From: a virus
Direction: 5' to 3' (one strand)
DNA length: 64,000 bases
IMG/VR virus record: IMGVR_UViG_3300047160_018755
Coordinates: 64,001 to 128,000 of that record
Shown: positions 28,959 through 38,986 of the stretch, piece by piece
How the letters are laid out: every line of letters starts with the position of its first letter
How positions within the stretch are numbered: the first letter of the stretch is position 1
The notes under the pieces: model-generated
Database searches by the model: none
The model's input: only the letters and a program-made list of their open reading frames with translations
What the model was told of the DNA's origin: nothing
Translations under genes and position numbers: made by a program

Positions 28959-31564
28959 TAGTGGTGGTACCCGCGCTTACCGCCGCCCTGGGGAGCGGGG
29001 ACGCTGTGGTCCATGCTGGAGAGCGACGAGGCGAGGAGGTTGAGGGCCTCGGTCACCTTGTGGATCGCGTTCACCGTGTCACCGCCCGACACGATGCCGG
29101 CCTGGGCGTTGGTGCGCGCGTTGTTCTCTTCGTAGCGGGTGTGGGGAGCGGCGCTGATGTCCTTGCGAGTGGCGCTGCCCTCCTCGTGCTCCTGCTGGCC
29201 GACCTGGCCCTCGATGGCACCCTGAGCCTTGTTGGCCGTGTCCATGGTGGTGCCAGCGGCGATCTTGTGGTAGCTTCCCGGCCCGTGCGGCTTGCCGTAG
29301 ACGCCGATGTTGGCGGCTTGCTTGCGCAGCATAGTGAGGTTGTCGTTCATCGAGCCGGCGCCCGCAGCCCCAGCGCCCGCGAGGACGTTGAGGGCCTTCT
29401 CGATCTCACGCGGAGACTTGCCCTTCAGGAAGCCGAGGCCGCCAGCCTGACGGTACTGCGCGACCATGTCACGCTGCTGCTGGGTGCCGTACTCGTTCGA
29501 CGTGCCGAAGCGCGCGAACATCGTCGCGTTCTTCGCGCCATAGTACTTCGACACCATGTCGAACGTGATGCCGTTGTCGGTGAGGATCGACGGCATGTTC
29601 TTGCCGCCGGATTTGATGATGTCGTTGAGCTGGCCCTCGCTCAAGCTCGTGAGCATGTTGCGGATCGCCCACGGAGCTTCCGGCGAGGCCTTCATGGCCG
29701 CGCGCATGTTCAACGCCTTGTTGAGGTTGTCGACGCTGCCGCCGGCCTCGCGATCACCGAAGGCTTGGCCCTGGGACAGCTCACGCGCGACGCGCATCTG
29801 GCCACCGATGCCGGCGCCACCAGCTCCGACGGCCGCAGACATCAGCGTCTCCATGAGACCGCTGCCGCCAGTGCCCGAGCCAGCGTAGAAATCTCCACGC
29901 TGCATGAGCCCCATGGCCATGTTGGACAGGTTCATGCCGCCCGTGATGTCGAGCCCCTTCGGACCACCGATCATGCGCTGCACGCCGCCGAGCAGTGCGC
30001 CGGGCTTGCCAAACTGAGCGCCGCCGTACTGGAGGGCCGCGGCGTTGTGGAGACCACCGGCCTGGATGTTCAAGAGATTGTCGAGACCGCCGAGGCCTGC
30101 GCCGTTGGCGAAGCCACGGCCGTACTGCGCGACGTTCGCGAACGCGCCGCCGTACTCTCCGGCGTCACGACCATGAGTCGCGGCGAAGCTGCGCACGTAC
30201 TGACCGGCCGTCAGCGGGATGGCGGTCGGGTCGTTCTTGTTGCTGCCGTAGTAGACGTCCTTGCCGCTCATGCCGAGGGCACGCATCATGCCCGAGTCAC
30301 CGATCGAGCGGGCATACTGGTCGTTCATGCGCTCGTTGTACTCGGGATCGGCGCGCATCTTCGCTTCGAGCATGTCTTGGCGACGTTGCGCCTGGAGTGC
30401 AATCTCAGCGTTGCGAGCATTCTCCTGCTCGATGACCATCACGTTCCTGCTCTGGATGCCCGCCATCTGCGTGCCAGCGAGGCGCTGGCCAGCAAGCTCT
30501 CCAGCCGCCGCGCCCACGTACTCCCCACCCCTGCCAGCAACGCCAGCATCGAGAGCGTTGGTCGGGTGCAGCTTCTGACGACGCAGCTCCAGGAGGTCAT
30601 CCTGGGCCATCATCCGCTTGTAGTTCGGGTCCGAGTCCAGCGCGTGGATCGCGTGCACGCGAGCGATGTCGCCGTGACGAATCGAGAGCGCATTCTGGCC
30701 CAAAGTACCACCGAGCTGCGCGCGAGCGTTGGCCACCACCATCGTCCCCGTGAGGGCCTGGTTGATGTTGGCCATCTGGTTCTGGTACGAGGCGCCGATC
30801 GCGGCCTGAGCCAGCTCAACACCCTTGGTCACCGCCATGGCAGCAGTGGGGATGCCCGTGGGAAGACCGAACTGACCGGCGATGCCGGCCACGAGACCAC
30901 CCGAGCCACCCGGCCACCAGCTCGCACCGCCGCCCTTCGTGAGACCAGCCCACGTGGGGCGACCCCAGTTGCCCGGCGAAGGCGCAGCGGCACCACCGCC
31001 TCCTCCACCTCCACCGCCGCCACCTCCTCCACCCGGAGTCGTAGAGCCTGGACGAGGAGCGTTGGGCGGATTGCTCACGCCAACCGCACCGCCACCTCCC
31101 ATGCCACCGCCACCACCAGACACGGGACCACCGCCCATGCCGCCGAACATCCTGCGGAAGCGTCCGAAGATGCCCTCCATGCGACGCACGTCGCGGTCTT
31201 GGGCGTCGACCAAGGACTTGAAGTTGTCCTTCATCGACTTGAAGGACTTGTTCGTCTCCTCGGCAGTTTTGCGGATCTCGGCGGCGCCGGCCTTCGCGCC
31301 ACCAGCGATGGCGGCCGTGACGCCACCAAGGGCTCCGCCCGCGCCAGCGTGCGTGGCCTGCGTCGCGCCGGACATGCCGGGCTGCGCTGCCTTGTTTCCG
31401 ACCTTGACGGCTCCGAGGCCGCCGAGGAAACCACCCAAGCGCTGGGTCGACTCGACGAGGCGGTCGACCTCCTGCTTGATCTCCATGATCGAGCGCTTGG
31501 CTTTTTGAGCCGCAGCGTCGTCGACGACGATGGTGATTTTGATTGATTTGTCTGACGCCGCCAT
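28958..31564 (-). CDS. Tape-measure-like protein
   Basis: 868 aa, Gly/Ala-rich; SIKITIVVDDAAA N-terminus; follows chaperone-like genes. Confidence 0.6.
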   Translation of the reverse strand: MAASDKSIKITIVVDDAAAQKAKRSIMEIKQEVDRLVESTQRLGGFLGGLGAVKVGNKAAQPGMSGATQATHAGAGGALGGVTAAIAGGAKAGAAEIRKTAEETNKSFKSMKDNFKSLVDAQDRDVRRMEGIFGRFRRMFGGMGGGPVSGGGGGMGGGGAVGVSNPPNAPRPGSTTPGGGGGGGGGGGGGGAAAPSPGNWGRPTWAGLTKGGGASWWPGGSGGLVAGIAGQFGLPTGIPTAAMAVTKGVELAQAAIGASYQNQMANINQALTGTMVVANARAQLGGTLGQNALSIRHGDIARVHAIHALDSDPNYKRMMAQDDLLELRRQKLHPTNALDAGVAGRGGEYVGAAAGELAGQRLAGTQMAGIQSRNVMVIEQENARNAEIALQAQRRQDMLEAKMRADPEYNERMNDQYARSIGDSGMMRALGMSGKDVYYGSNKNDPTAIPLTAGQYVRSFAATHGRDAGEYGGAFANVAQYGRGFANGAGLGGLDNLLNIQAGGLHNAAALQYGGAQFGKPGALLGGVQRMIGGPKGLDITGGMNLSNMAMGLMQRGDFYAGSGTGGSGLMETLMSAAVGAGGAGIGGQMRVARELSQGQAFGDREAGGSVDNLNKALNMRAAMKASPEAPWAIRNMLTSLSEGQLNDIIKSGGKNMPSILTDNGITFDMVSKYYGAKNATMFARFGTSNEYGTQQQRDMVAQYRQAGGLGFLKGKSPREIEKALNVLAGAGAAGAGSMNDNLTMLRKQAANIGVYGKPHGPGSYHKIAAGTTMDTANKAQGAIEGQVGQQEHEEGSATRKDISAAPHTRYEENNARTNAQAGIVSGGDTVNAIHKVTEALNLLASSLSSMDHSVPAPQGGGKRGYHH

Positions 31565-31583
31565 CGTTCCCTAAAGATTGCCG

Positions 31584-32153
31584 CTACTTTGCCTTCGGTT
31601 CGGGCTTGTCGAGGAGGCCGAAGGAGTCCTGGTCGAGGTCGATGGTCTCGAAACTCATCTCGATTTTGCGGCCCGGGTCGACCTTCACGTTCGTCAGCTC
31701 CGCGGGCTTCGAGAGCTTGCCGCCCGTGATCTTCTCCTCGGCCGTGGGCGGGCGTAGCATGGACGCTACATTCCCGAGCGCCTTGACGGCCTCCTCAATC
31801 TTCTTGGCGGCCTCCTCGGACTTCTTGACTTCCTGGCCGAGGATGTACATCTCGGCGTCGTCCGCGTCCTCCAAACGACGCTCCAGCAGGAGCTGCTCGC
31901 GCGGCTTGGTCAGGGAGCGGGCTTCCTTTTCGAGGTCTTCGTCCTTCCAGTCCTCGTACACGTCCTCGATCCAGGCCTGCACGACGAACTCCACTGGCAG
32001 CTCGTACACGAGATGCAGCGGGGTGAAGAACTTCTGGCTGTACTCGCGGAAGATCCGGCGGAGGTGGAAGTCCTCCGACACGCCCGGCTGACGCAGACGC
32101 GTGAGCCAGACGTCGCGGAGAGCGATCAGCTCGATGTCGGAGAAGTCCGCCAA
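31584..32153 (-). CDS. Putative tail assembly chaperone
   Basis: LRRIFREYSQKFFTPLHLVYELP; directly upstream of the tape measure gene. Confidence 0.45.
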   Translation of the reverse strand: MADFSDIELIALRDVWLTRLRQPGVSEDFHLRRIFREYSQKFFTPLHLVYELPVEFVVQAWIEDVYEDWKDEDLEKEARSLTKPREQLLLERRLEDADDAEMYILGQEVKKSEEAAKKIEEAVKALGNVASMLRPPTAEEKITGGKLSKPAELTNVKVDPGRKIEMSFETIDLDQDSFGLLDKPEPKAK

Positions 32154-32159
32154 GGGATC

Positions 32160-32456
32160 TTACTCCGGCAGCGGTCCGACCTTGATCTCCATCGGAAGCG
32201 AGGCCTTGCCGTCCCAAGACCAGCGCACCTTGATGAGCTTGCGCCCCCTCTTGGTCACGATGTCGAAGTCGGTGTGCAGGCGGATCTTGACCAGCTCGCG
32301 CTTCTTACGGTCAACGAAGACCCTTCCACCGGAGCGGGGAACGTACAGATCCACCCACCCCTCGGTAGTGTCGACCGCCGAGGCCATGATCACGCCGCCG
32401 TCGACATCGAGGCAACGGACCTTGCGCCCGAGCTTGGTCTTGGCCGTGATCAGCAC
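32160..32456 (-). CDS. Hypothetical protein
   Basis: 98 aa ORF in the tail operon. Confidence 0.5.
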   Translation of the reverse strand: MLITAKTKLGRKVRCLDVDGGVIMASAVDTTEGWVDLYVPRSGGRVFVDRKKRELVKIRLHTDFDIVTKRGRKLIKVRWSWDGKASLPMEIKVGPLPE

Positions 32457-32876
32457 TTACTTCTTCTCGACGGCTTCGACGGTCTTGGCGATGTCGCCGC
32501 GGGCCTCGGCAGCAGCCTTGGCGACCGCTTCACGCGCATCGTTCTCGACCTTCAGGGCCTTGTCGTAGACGGCGACGATGACGTTCTCGTCCTCCAGGAG
32601 ACGACCCTCGTCAGCGTCGACCCACCAGGTGGGGGCCTCGACGAGACGCACGAGCAGCTCGGAGAAGATCTGAGCGACCGAAGCGGCGCGAGCTGAAGGC
32701 TCCCCGACCGCGGCGCCGAGCATCTGCCGGCGGAAGTTGTCGCGAGCGAGCTGGTCGTTGAAGCTCAGGCGCTTCTTGGCGATGAACTTGCCGGTCCAGC
32801 TGGTACCGGTGGTTTCGCCCACGACACCGTCGAGGACGAAGGTTTCGGAATTCGAGTTCACGGGCTTGGCTGCCAT
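32457..32876 (-). CDS. Putative tail assembly chaperone
   Basis: WTGKFIAKKRLS...LVEAPTWW pattern; GGAGG RBS; AATCTT upstream. Confidence 0.55.
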   Translation of the reverse strand: MAAKPVNSNSETFVLDGVVGETTGTSWTGKFIAKKRLSFNDQLARDNFRRQMLGAAVGEPSARAASVAQIFSELLVRLVEAPTWWVDADEGRLLEDENVIVAVYDKALKVENDAREAVAKAAAEARGDIAKTVEAVEKK

Positions 32877-33012
32877 CAGGTATCCCTCCTGACAACCAAG
32901 ATTAAGAGCGGAACAAAAAAGAAGGAAGGGTCAGGTCCCGCACCCTCTCCGTTTTCTGCGTTACCGGAGACTCCCGTGCAGTAAGGGATTGTGAGGTGAA
33001 GGACCTGATTTG

Positions 33013-33394
33013 TGGACCCGCGGGGAGTCGAACCCCGATGTCGGAAACTTTGCGATCGAGCTTGTACGTGCGTTTCCTCGTTTTCGGGGGCTAGGGATCG
33101 AGGTGTCCCGGACTACGGCGCCCTCCACCACCTGGTTTTGCTGACCAGGAACAGTTGGTTTCCCTCTGTAGTTGTTTCTCAGGCGGCTACTAAGGGGCCT
33201 CACCGTCTGAGATTCGATTAAGCCGCGAGCGCGCGAGCGCCGTAGCCACCGAAACCGTTCGCCTCGATCAGATCGAAGGGAACGTCGAACTCATCGTTCG
33301 CTTTTCTTTTTTGGTCTTCTTTTTACGAGGCCTGATGACCAACCTCGGCACGCGTCTCAGTCCCTCTGTTCCCGGTCGATGCCGGTTCGGGCCC
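33013..33394 (-). ncRNA. ssrA: tmRNA
   Basis: 5' GGGCCCG-AACCGGCATCGAC; 3' GGGGTTCGACTCCCC-GCGGGTCCA with G3:U70; tag ORF 33301-33218 ANDEFDVPFDLIEANGFGGYGARALAA*. Confidence 0.92.
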
Positions 33395-33400
33395 GAAATG

Positions 33401-33574
33401 CTACTCGGAAGCTGCTTTCTTGGCGCCCTCCTTGACGAGCGTGCGCACCTGGCCCGGGTCGAACCCGCGGTCGGTGAGCTTCTTCGTCGCCGTGTCGATG
33501 GCCTGCTTGGCGGCGTCGTAGCCGTCGCGGCGGACCTGTTCACGAACCTTGTCGCTGTTGATCTGCTCGTTCAT
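33401..33574 (-). CDS. 57-aa hypothetical protein ending 6 nt before the tmRNA
   Basis: MNEQINSDKVREQVRRDG...; GAGGGAG RBS; AATCTT at 33635-33640. Confidence 0.6.
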   Translation of the reverse strand: MNEQINSDKVREQVRRDGYDAAKQAIDTATKKLTDRGFDPGQVRTLVKEGAKKAASE

Positions 33575-33826
33575 CTTTGTTCTCCCTCAGTTGACCCACT
33601 GACAATAGCAGGGCTGGGGATCGGTTGCAAGAGAAGATTGCGGCGGCCACCCATTCTCCGCCAAGGGCTCATGGGACCTCGCTCCCACCACACGTCGTCC
33701 CAATCCAAGGCACGTTGGAGCCTAGCGTCAAAGAACATGCCACCCCGCGGGATGACGCCGTTGACGGGCTCGACCAAAACCATCGCAAACCCCACCAAGA
33801 GGGTCTGCTGGAGAGGCGGCCGTGGG

Positions 33827-34105
33827 CTAGAACTCATCGCCATACTTCTCGGGAATCTCTTCCAGAAGCTGCGCAAAGCCCTCCAACTCAGCCACCAGGC
33901 CCTCGTTCTCCCATTCCTGGCATCGCCCGCTGACGTTGATCGAGAGCTGCCGTTCCTCGCCCGTGTGCTTCTGGTGCAAGTACGTGTGAATGTTGCACGT
34001 GCCCCACTTCGAGCCGCGAGCGATGTTGGCGTGAATGCAGTTCCCGCAAGTCGGCTGTACGGTGTAGCCGATGTCCTTCAGGACCACAAGCTTGTTGGCG
34101 TCCAT
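33827..34105 (-). CDS. Small Cys-containing hypothetical protein
   Basis: CGNC...C...C. Confidence 0.6.
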   Translation of the reverse strand: MDANKLVVLKDIGYTVQPTCGNCIHANIARGSKWGTCNIHTYLHQKHTGEERQLSINVSGRCQEWENEGLVAELEGFAQLLEEIPEKYGDEF

Positions 34106-34220
34106 CAGACCGCTCGCTTCATCTCTTTCAACCTCTGCGCCGTGCGCAGGTCGAACTGATGCCCACGGAGCCCTCGCCGTCGAAGAAACCGGCTACGTAG
34201 CGAGGATCAACCCTTGACAC
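34105..34220 (-). pseudogene. Internally deleted LAGLIDADG endonuclease relic
   Basis: VSRVDPRYVAGFFDGEGSVGI starts at the rtcB stop; out-of-frame tail AQRLKEMKRAV* ends in a TGATG overlap with the next gene. Confidence 0.65.
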
Positions 34221-35463
34221 AGAGGACTTGCCTCAGCGTGTGGACGATCTCGACCAGGTCTTTCTGGTTCTCCATGACTTGGTCAATGTTCTTGTAGGCC
34301 GAGGGGATCTCGTCCAGGACTCCGGAGTCCTTACGGCAGCAGACACCCTTCGTCTGCTCGGCGAGATCCTCGACCGTGAAGGTCCTCTTTGCCTGCCCGC
34401 GAGACATCTTGCGCCCGGCCCCATGGGAAGCCGAGTTGAAGGAGTCGGGGTTCCCGAGCCCGCGGACGATGAACGACTTCGCTCCCATGCTGCCCGGGAT
34501 GATCCCCAGGCGGCCAGCCTCAGCGTTGATGGCCCCCTTGCGGGTGACCAGGACGTTCTCGCCGAAGTGAGTCTCCTCGGCGACGTAGTTGTGATGCGCA
34601 AGGATCGGCTTCTCGAACGTCACCTCCAGCGAGCCGCCCCAGAAGTCCGCGAACGTCCGCTTCAGGATGTCGAACATGACCATGCGGTTCAGCATGGCGT
34701 ACTCCTGCGCCCAGAACAGGTCGTGTCGATACGCCGTCATCTCCTTCGTTCCGGAGAGGAAGACCGCCATGTCCGGATCCGGGATGCGCTCGTTGTGGAT
34801 CAGGCCACGCGCGATGTCGATGTGGATCTCGGCCAGCTCCTTGCCGATGTTGCGCGAGCCCGAGTGCAGCATGAGCCACACGCGCGGCTCGTGCTTGTAC
34901 TGGTGCCACTCGCCGCAGTTGTCCTGACCGCAGTCGTAGATGCCGTTGTCCAGGCACACCTCGATGAAGTGGTTGCCGCCACCGAGCGTACCCATCTGCT
35001 TCTTCGCCTTCGCGAAGTCCACGCGCTCGCCCTGGTGCAGGTCCTTGAAGCGATCGAAGAGCTTCATGTGCTCGACGGCAGTCGCGTGGTCCGAGAAGTG
35101 GAAGACCGCCCGATCGTGGGCGTTGAAGCCCACCGGGATCGCAGCCTCGATGGCCGCACGCATCGGCTCCAGGTTGTCCGGGAGGTCCGAGGCGACGAGA
35201 TTCGTACGGATCGCGCCCATGCCACAACCGATGTCGACGCCCACCGCGGCCGGCGCGACTGCATTCTTCATGGCGATGACCGAGCCGACCGTACAACCTT
35301 TCCCAGCGTGGACGTCCGGCATGACGGCCACGTGGTGGTAGACCCACGGGAGCTTCGCGACGTTCGACAACTGGTCGAGCGCCATCGAGTCCACTTCGTG
35401 GATCGGTGCCCAAAGCTTGACCGGGACGAGCTGCCCGGCTTTGTTCATTTCCGAAAGAGACAT
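34207..35463 (-). CDS. rtcB: RtcB RNA ligase
   Basis: MPDVHAGKG, VDIGCGM, GTLGGGNHFIE, HSGSR, HHNY, SHGAGR. Confidence 0.95.
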   Translation of the reverse strand: MSLSEMNKAGQLVPVKLWAPIHEVDSMALDQLSNVAKLPWVYHHVAVMPDVHAGKGCTVGSVIAMKNAVAPAAVGVDIGCGMGAIRTNLVASDLPDNLEPMRAAIEAAIPVGFNAHDRAVFHFSDHATAVEHMKLFDRFKDLHQGERVDFAKAKKQMGTLGGGNHFIEVCLDNGIYDCGQDNCGEWHQYKHEPRVWLMLHSGSRNIGKELAEIHIDIARGLIHNERIPDPDMAVFLSGTKEMTAYRHDLFWAQEYAMLNRMVMFDILKRTFADFWGGSLEVTFEKPILAHHNYVAEETHFGENVLVTRKGAINAEAGRLGIIPGSMGAKSFIVRGLGNPDSFNSASHGAGRKMSRGQAKRTFTVEDLAEQTKGVCCRKDSGVLDEIPSAYKNIDQVMENQKDLVEIVHTLRQVLCVKG

Positions 35464-37189
35464 GATACTCCGAGACGGATGAAGTGGAACAGAAGGATCA
35501 CCGGCATCGCCGGCAGGAGACAGGTCTCCAGATGCGCGTCGAAGAACCACGCACCGATGTAGAGCCACGCGATGCAGAACACCACGTAGGCGAGGATGAT
35601 CAGAACCGCGAGCATCACGGCTCCTCGGGGAGCCACGTCACGCGGTACGTGGAGTTGAGCGTGTCGAACTCGAAGCCGTCGACGGTCTTGACGACCTCCT
35701 TAATGACGCTCGTGCGGGCGAGGTTGCCGTTGTCCTTGTACAGGCAGAAGCACCCCTCGACCCGAGGGTCGTAGTAGGTGTGCCCGAGCATGGACTTGTG
35801 ACGCTCCTCGACCGGGTGATTCGACTCGACGAGATCGAGCCGGCACCGCCGCCATTCACACTTGAGCTTCTCCATGAACGTACCTTACCTCACTTCCCGT
35901 CGATCGTCCAGGACTTTCGTTCGGCCCCCTTCTCGCCGTACTCCTCGGACTCGATCCAGACGTCCTTGGTGTGGTCGCCGTTCGGGTCCATCTTCCAGAA
36001 GCCCCACTTCTTGCCCCGATTCCAGCCCACGACCCAGGACAGCGTCGGGCCAATGAGCTTGACGATGTGGACGTGACCCTCCGGGTTGTGCAAGGTTGTG
36101 CCGACGCGCGCCACGTTGACACGGGGGTTGCCTGGCCTGCCGTAGCCGCCCTCGCGGGCGGGCACGCGCGGGTAGTAGACCTCCTCATCATAGCCGTTCA
36201 TGAGGATCGTGGTCGTGAAGGGCCCGGGGTGGTCATGCGGGTCGCGCCCCTCGTCGGGGAGCAGGATCAGGTGGAGGAACCGCGGCCGGTACCACTTCTG
36301 CTTCGGGGTCATAAACCAGCGCCGCAGGTAGAGCTTCCCCTCAGGCGTGAAGATGTCGAGGTGAGGCCAGAGCGCCGACATGAGGTGGACGAAGGTGGCC
36401 TTGTCGAAGAAGAACGCCACCAAGATGATCGGCGAGATGGCGACCGCGAAAAGCGCCTTGAACACCGACCAGATCGTGAACAAGTACTCCCAGCTGTAGA
36501 GCAGCGCGAGAACGACCAGGCCGCTGAACATCGCGAAGGACATTAGCTGATCAGCTCGTCCTTCGTCTTCCCAGACGACGGGGTGGTGGGAGCAGACGGC
36601 GCCGGGATGTCACCGCGACCCACCAGCGTCTGGTAGGCCGGCCCGATGTAGTTCTGGTAGACGCTGTTGATGGCGAGGACATCTTCGATCGTCGGCGACT
36701 GCTCGGCGCCACTGTTGTTGACGACCTCCTCCGCCATGTCGCAGGCGAACATCAGGTCCTCGAACAGCATCAGTCGGGCTTGCGTCTCGATGAGAGGGCC
36801 GTGCTTCCCGGGCTGGCCCTTGAGGTCGTTCAGGCGTTGCGTGAGCTGATCTTTCAGACTGCTCATAGTTTCCACTCTTTCGGCTTGTGTCCTGGGATCT
36901 TGAATTGCCAATGGTGAATCTTACACTGTTCCCCCGGCGGGATGCCAGGAAAAACGTACTCGCTCGTTCGGTGTCCGCGGATCCCGACCGCCTTCGAGGT
37001 CAGCTTGGACTCGCATTCGATCCAGAACCAAATCGACCTCCGGAACGGGTTGTGGACGGTGATGTGGCGCTCCCACTCGGGAGACGCATGTTGGGGTACG
37101 ACCAAGATCGAGATCTGGTCGGTGATGGCCGGCTGCGGGTGCTTCGCTGGGGCGAAGGCCAGCAACGTGGCAATCAGAAAGGACTTCAC
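35460..37189 (-). other. Hypothetical genes, including a TM plus cupin-like protein (35890-36543) and an exported protein (36863-37189)
   Basis: YLRRW...HDHP...HIV cupin-like His motifs; signal peptide MKSFLIATLLAFAPA. Confidence 0.55.
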
Positions 37190-37208
37190 GGCCCATTTCT
37201 ATCGAATC

Positions 37209-37237
37209 TTGACAACCACGCGAAGATCTGGCACTCT
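37209..37237 (+). promoter_or_regulatory. sigma70-type promoter
   Basis: TTGACA-17nt-CACTCT, back to back with a GATTCGATAG motif on the minus strand. Confidence 0.6.
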
Positions 37238-37470
37238 TGGTGCAAGATGAACAACGACGAACGCACGCATCGGTACGCCATGATGGGCGTGGTCGCCTAC
37301 GTCCAGGAGCGGATCATCATGTTCGAGAAGGACCGCCGCCAGCTCCCCGAGATCACCATCCTGGGCCAGCTGGAGTGGGAGGTCTTGGGGGCCAACATGG
37401 ACGAGGACTTCTCCATCGCCGGCATCCCCTGCGTCCCGGACCTAACGACCCCGTTCGGCGTCTTCTTCCG

Positions 37471-37890
37471 ATGAAGATCGCCGTCGTAGGGGCCCGAGCC
37501 TTCCCCAGCCGGGAGAAGGTGCAGACGTTCGTCCGCTTCCTTCCCGGAGACTGGGAGATCGTGTCCGGAGGGGCTCCGGGCGTCGACACTTTCGCCCAAG
37601 ACGCCGCTGCCGAGCAGCACCGACCCTACACCGTGTTCTACGCCGATTGGGATCGCGTAGGACGCGCTGCCGGCATGATCCGTAACACTCAGATCGCCAA
37701 CGAATGCGACGCGCTCGTAGCGTTCGTCCACGGCCCCTCGAAGGGCACCATGGACACCGTCCGCAAGGCCGGCGTCGCCCACAAGCCCATCTGGGTCATT
37801 ACCGTGGACGACGATCTCCCCACTTGGCAGGAGATCGAAGCCAAGGTCCAAGACTACCAGAGACGGCTCAGGGCTTTCCGTTCTGCCTGA
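37471..37890 (+). CDS. SLOG-family (DUF2493/YspA-like) protein
   Basis: IAVVGAR, VSGGAPGVDT, AAGMIRN, SKGTMDT. Confidence 0.85.
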   Translation: MKIAVVGARAFPSREKVQTFVRFLPGDWEIVSGGAPGVDTFAQDAAAEQHRPYTVFYADWDRVGRAAGMIRNTQIANECDALVAFVHGPSKGTMDTVRKAGVAHKPIWVITVDDDLPTWQEIEAKVQDYQRRLRAFRSA

Positions 37891-38671
37891 GGTAGAGAAG
37901 GTACTTGCCCGGGGGGCCGTCGATCACCACGTCGACGGCACCGCGCTGTTGGGCCTCCTCCCAATCCAGCCACCACTCACGTCCACCTTGGATACGCGTC
38001 ATCACCTCGGGGACCTTCGCGTTCATCCGATGGGTCACCCACTCGACGTAGGCTCGGGTAGCGACGCGGATCGTAGCCGCAGAGTTCTCCACCCTCAAGT
38101 CGGTCAAGCGCATGCCGGGCGAGACCATCAGCGACACCTGGTGGATCATGAGCATCGAACGCTTGGTCATCACGCGGTGGTCGCATGACTGGAGCACATA
38201 CATGCCCATGCTCGCCGACGTACCATCGACGACACAGACCACCTTGAACGGAGCCGCCTCGATGGCGCGCGAGATCTCATGTCCATCATCCATGCTACCG
38301 CCAGGCGTGTTCAGCTCGACCATGACGAGGTCGGCGCTGGCCTCGACCGCGGCCTCCATGAAGGCCTTGAACTTGCCCGCAGCGTCGTCGTCGATACTCT
38401 CGGAGAAGCGGTAGTAGGGGACACAGGGGTGCGTGTCACACTCGATCTTGGGCTTCTTGGGCGGCTCGGGCCCCAGAAGGTCCATCAGATTGATGTCCTC
38501 GGGCTCCACCTCGGTCGGCTCCGTGCTTGGAATCGCCGGAGGCGGCGGGGCCGTTTTGGTAGGAGCCGGTGCCATGATTGGCACAAAAGGCGGTGGCTGG
38601 GTCGGCTGGGGTGGCTTGGCGAAGGCCGGAATCGTGAGGAGCATCGACAGAGCAACCAGGGCAGCTTTCAT
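37868..38671 (-). CDS. ClpP-like Ser protease with signal peptide
   Basis: LNTPGGS, SASMG nucleophile, LMIHQ; MKAALVALSMLLTIPAFA signal; Pro-rich linker. Confidence 0.8.
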   Translation of the reverse strand: MKAALVALSMLLTIPAFAKPPQPTQPPPFVPIMAPAPTKTAPPPPAIPSTEPTEVEPEDINLMDLLGPEPPKKPKIECDTHPCVPYYRFSESIDDDAAGKFKAFMEAAVEASADLVMVELNTPGGSMDDGHEISRAIEAAPFKVVCVVDGTSASMGMYVLQSCDHRVMTKRSMLMIHQVSLMVSPGMRLTDLRVENSAATIRVATRAYVEWVTHRMNAKVPEVMTRIQGGREWWLDWEEAQQRGAVDVVIDGPPGKYLLYLRQNGKP

Positions 38672-38828
38672 GCGCAAAACCTCCAACTCTATTTCTATCG
38701 AATCTTTCGAAGAAACGCAAGTAGGATCCGTAAGCTACGAAACGGGCGGCGCCCGGGTCGATGTTCGGGAGAGGGAACCATCCAGACCGCGGGCGCCGCC
38801 ACCTTGGTGAGACTCCAAGAAGATTCGG

Positions 38829-38899
38829 TTCCCTCGCACCGATTCGAACGATGATCTGACGGGTCAAGGCCGTCGGTCCTGCCGTTAGACGACAAGGGA
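38829..38899 (-). tRNA. tRNA-Gln(TTG)
   Basis: GACGG-CCTTGAC-CCGTC. Confidence 0.85.
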
Positions 38900-38912
38900 G
38901 TATCGGACAATG

Positions 38913-38985
38913 TGCCGCCGGAGGGACTCGAACCCCCGCCCTTCCCGTTCGAAGCGGGTCGCTCGTCCAGTCGAGCTACAGCGGC
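38913..38985 (-). tRNA. tRNA-Arg(TCG)
   Basis: Loop CTTCGAA. Confidence 0.85.
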
Positions 38986-38986
38986 A

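Noticed and set aside
30990-31140. Poly-Gly run in the tape-measure-like gene as a repeat element
   Set aside because: In-frame low-complexity linker with mixed GGN codons; no sign of a variable tandem repeat
28961-31546. 861-aa plus-strand ORF, and similar long antisense ORFs (46053-47999, 51395-52369, 62622-63800, 8136-9116)
   Set aside because: Shadow frames of real genes caused by high GC3; no RBS, motifs or realistic composition
31584-32876. Programmed frameshift between tail chaperone genes
   Set aside because: No slippery heptamer recognised; ORFs have separate starts and an intervening gene
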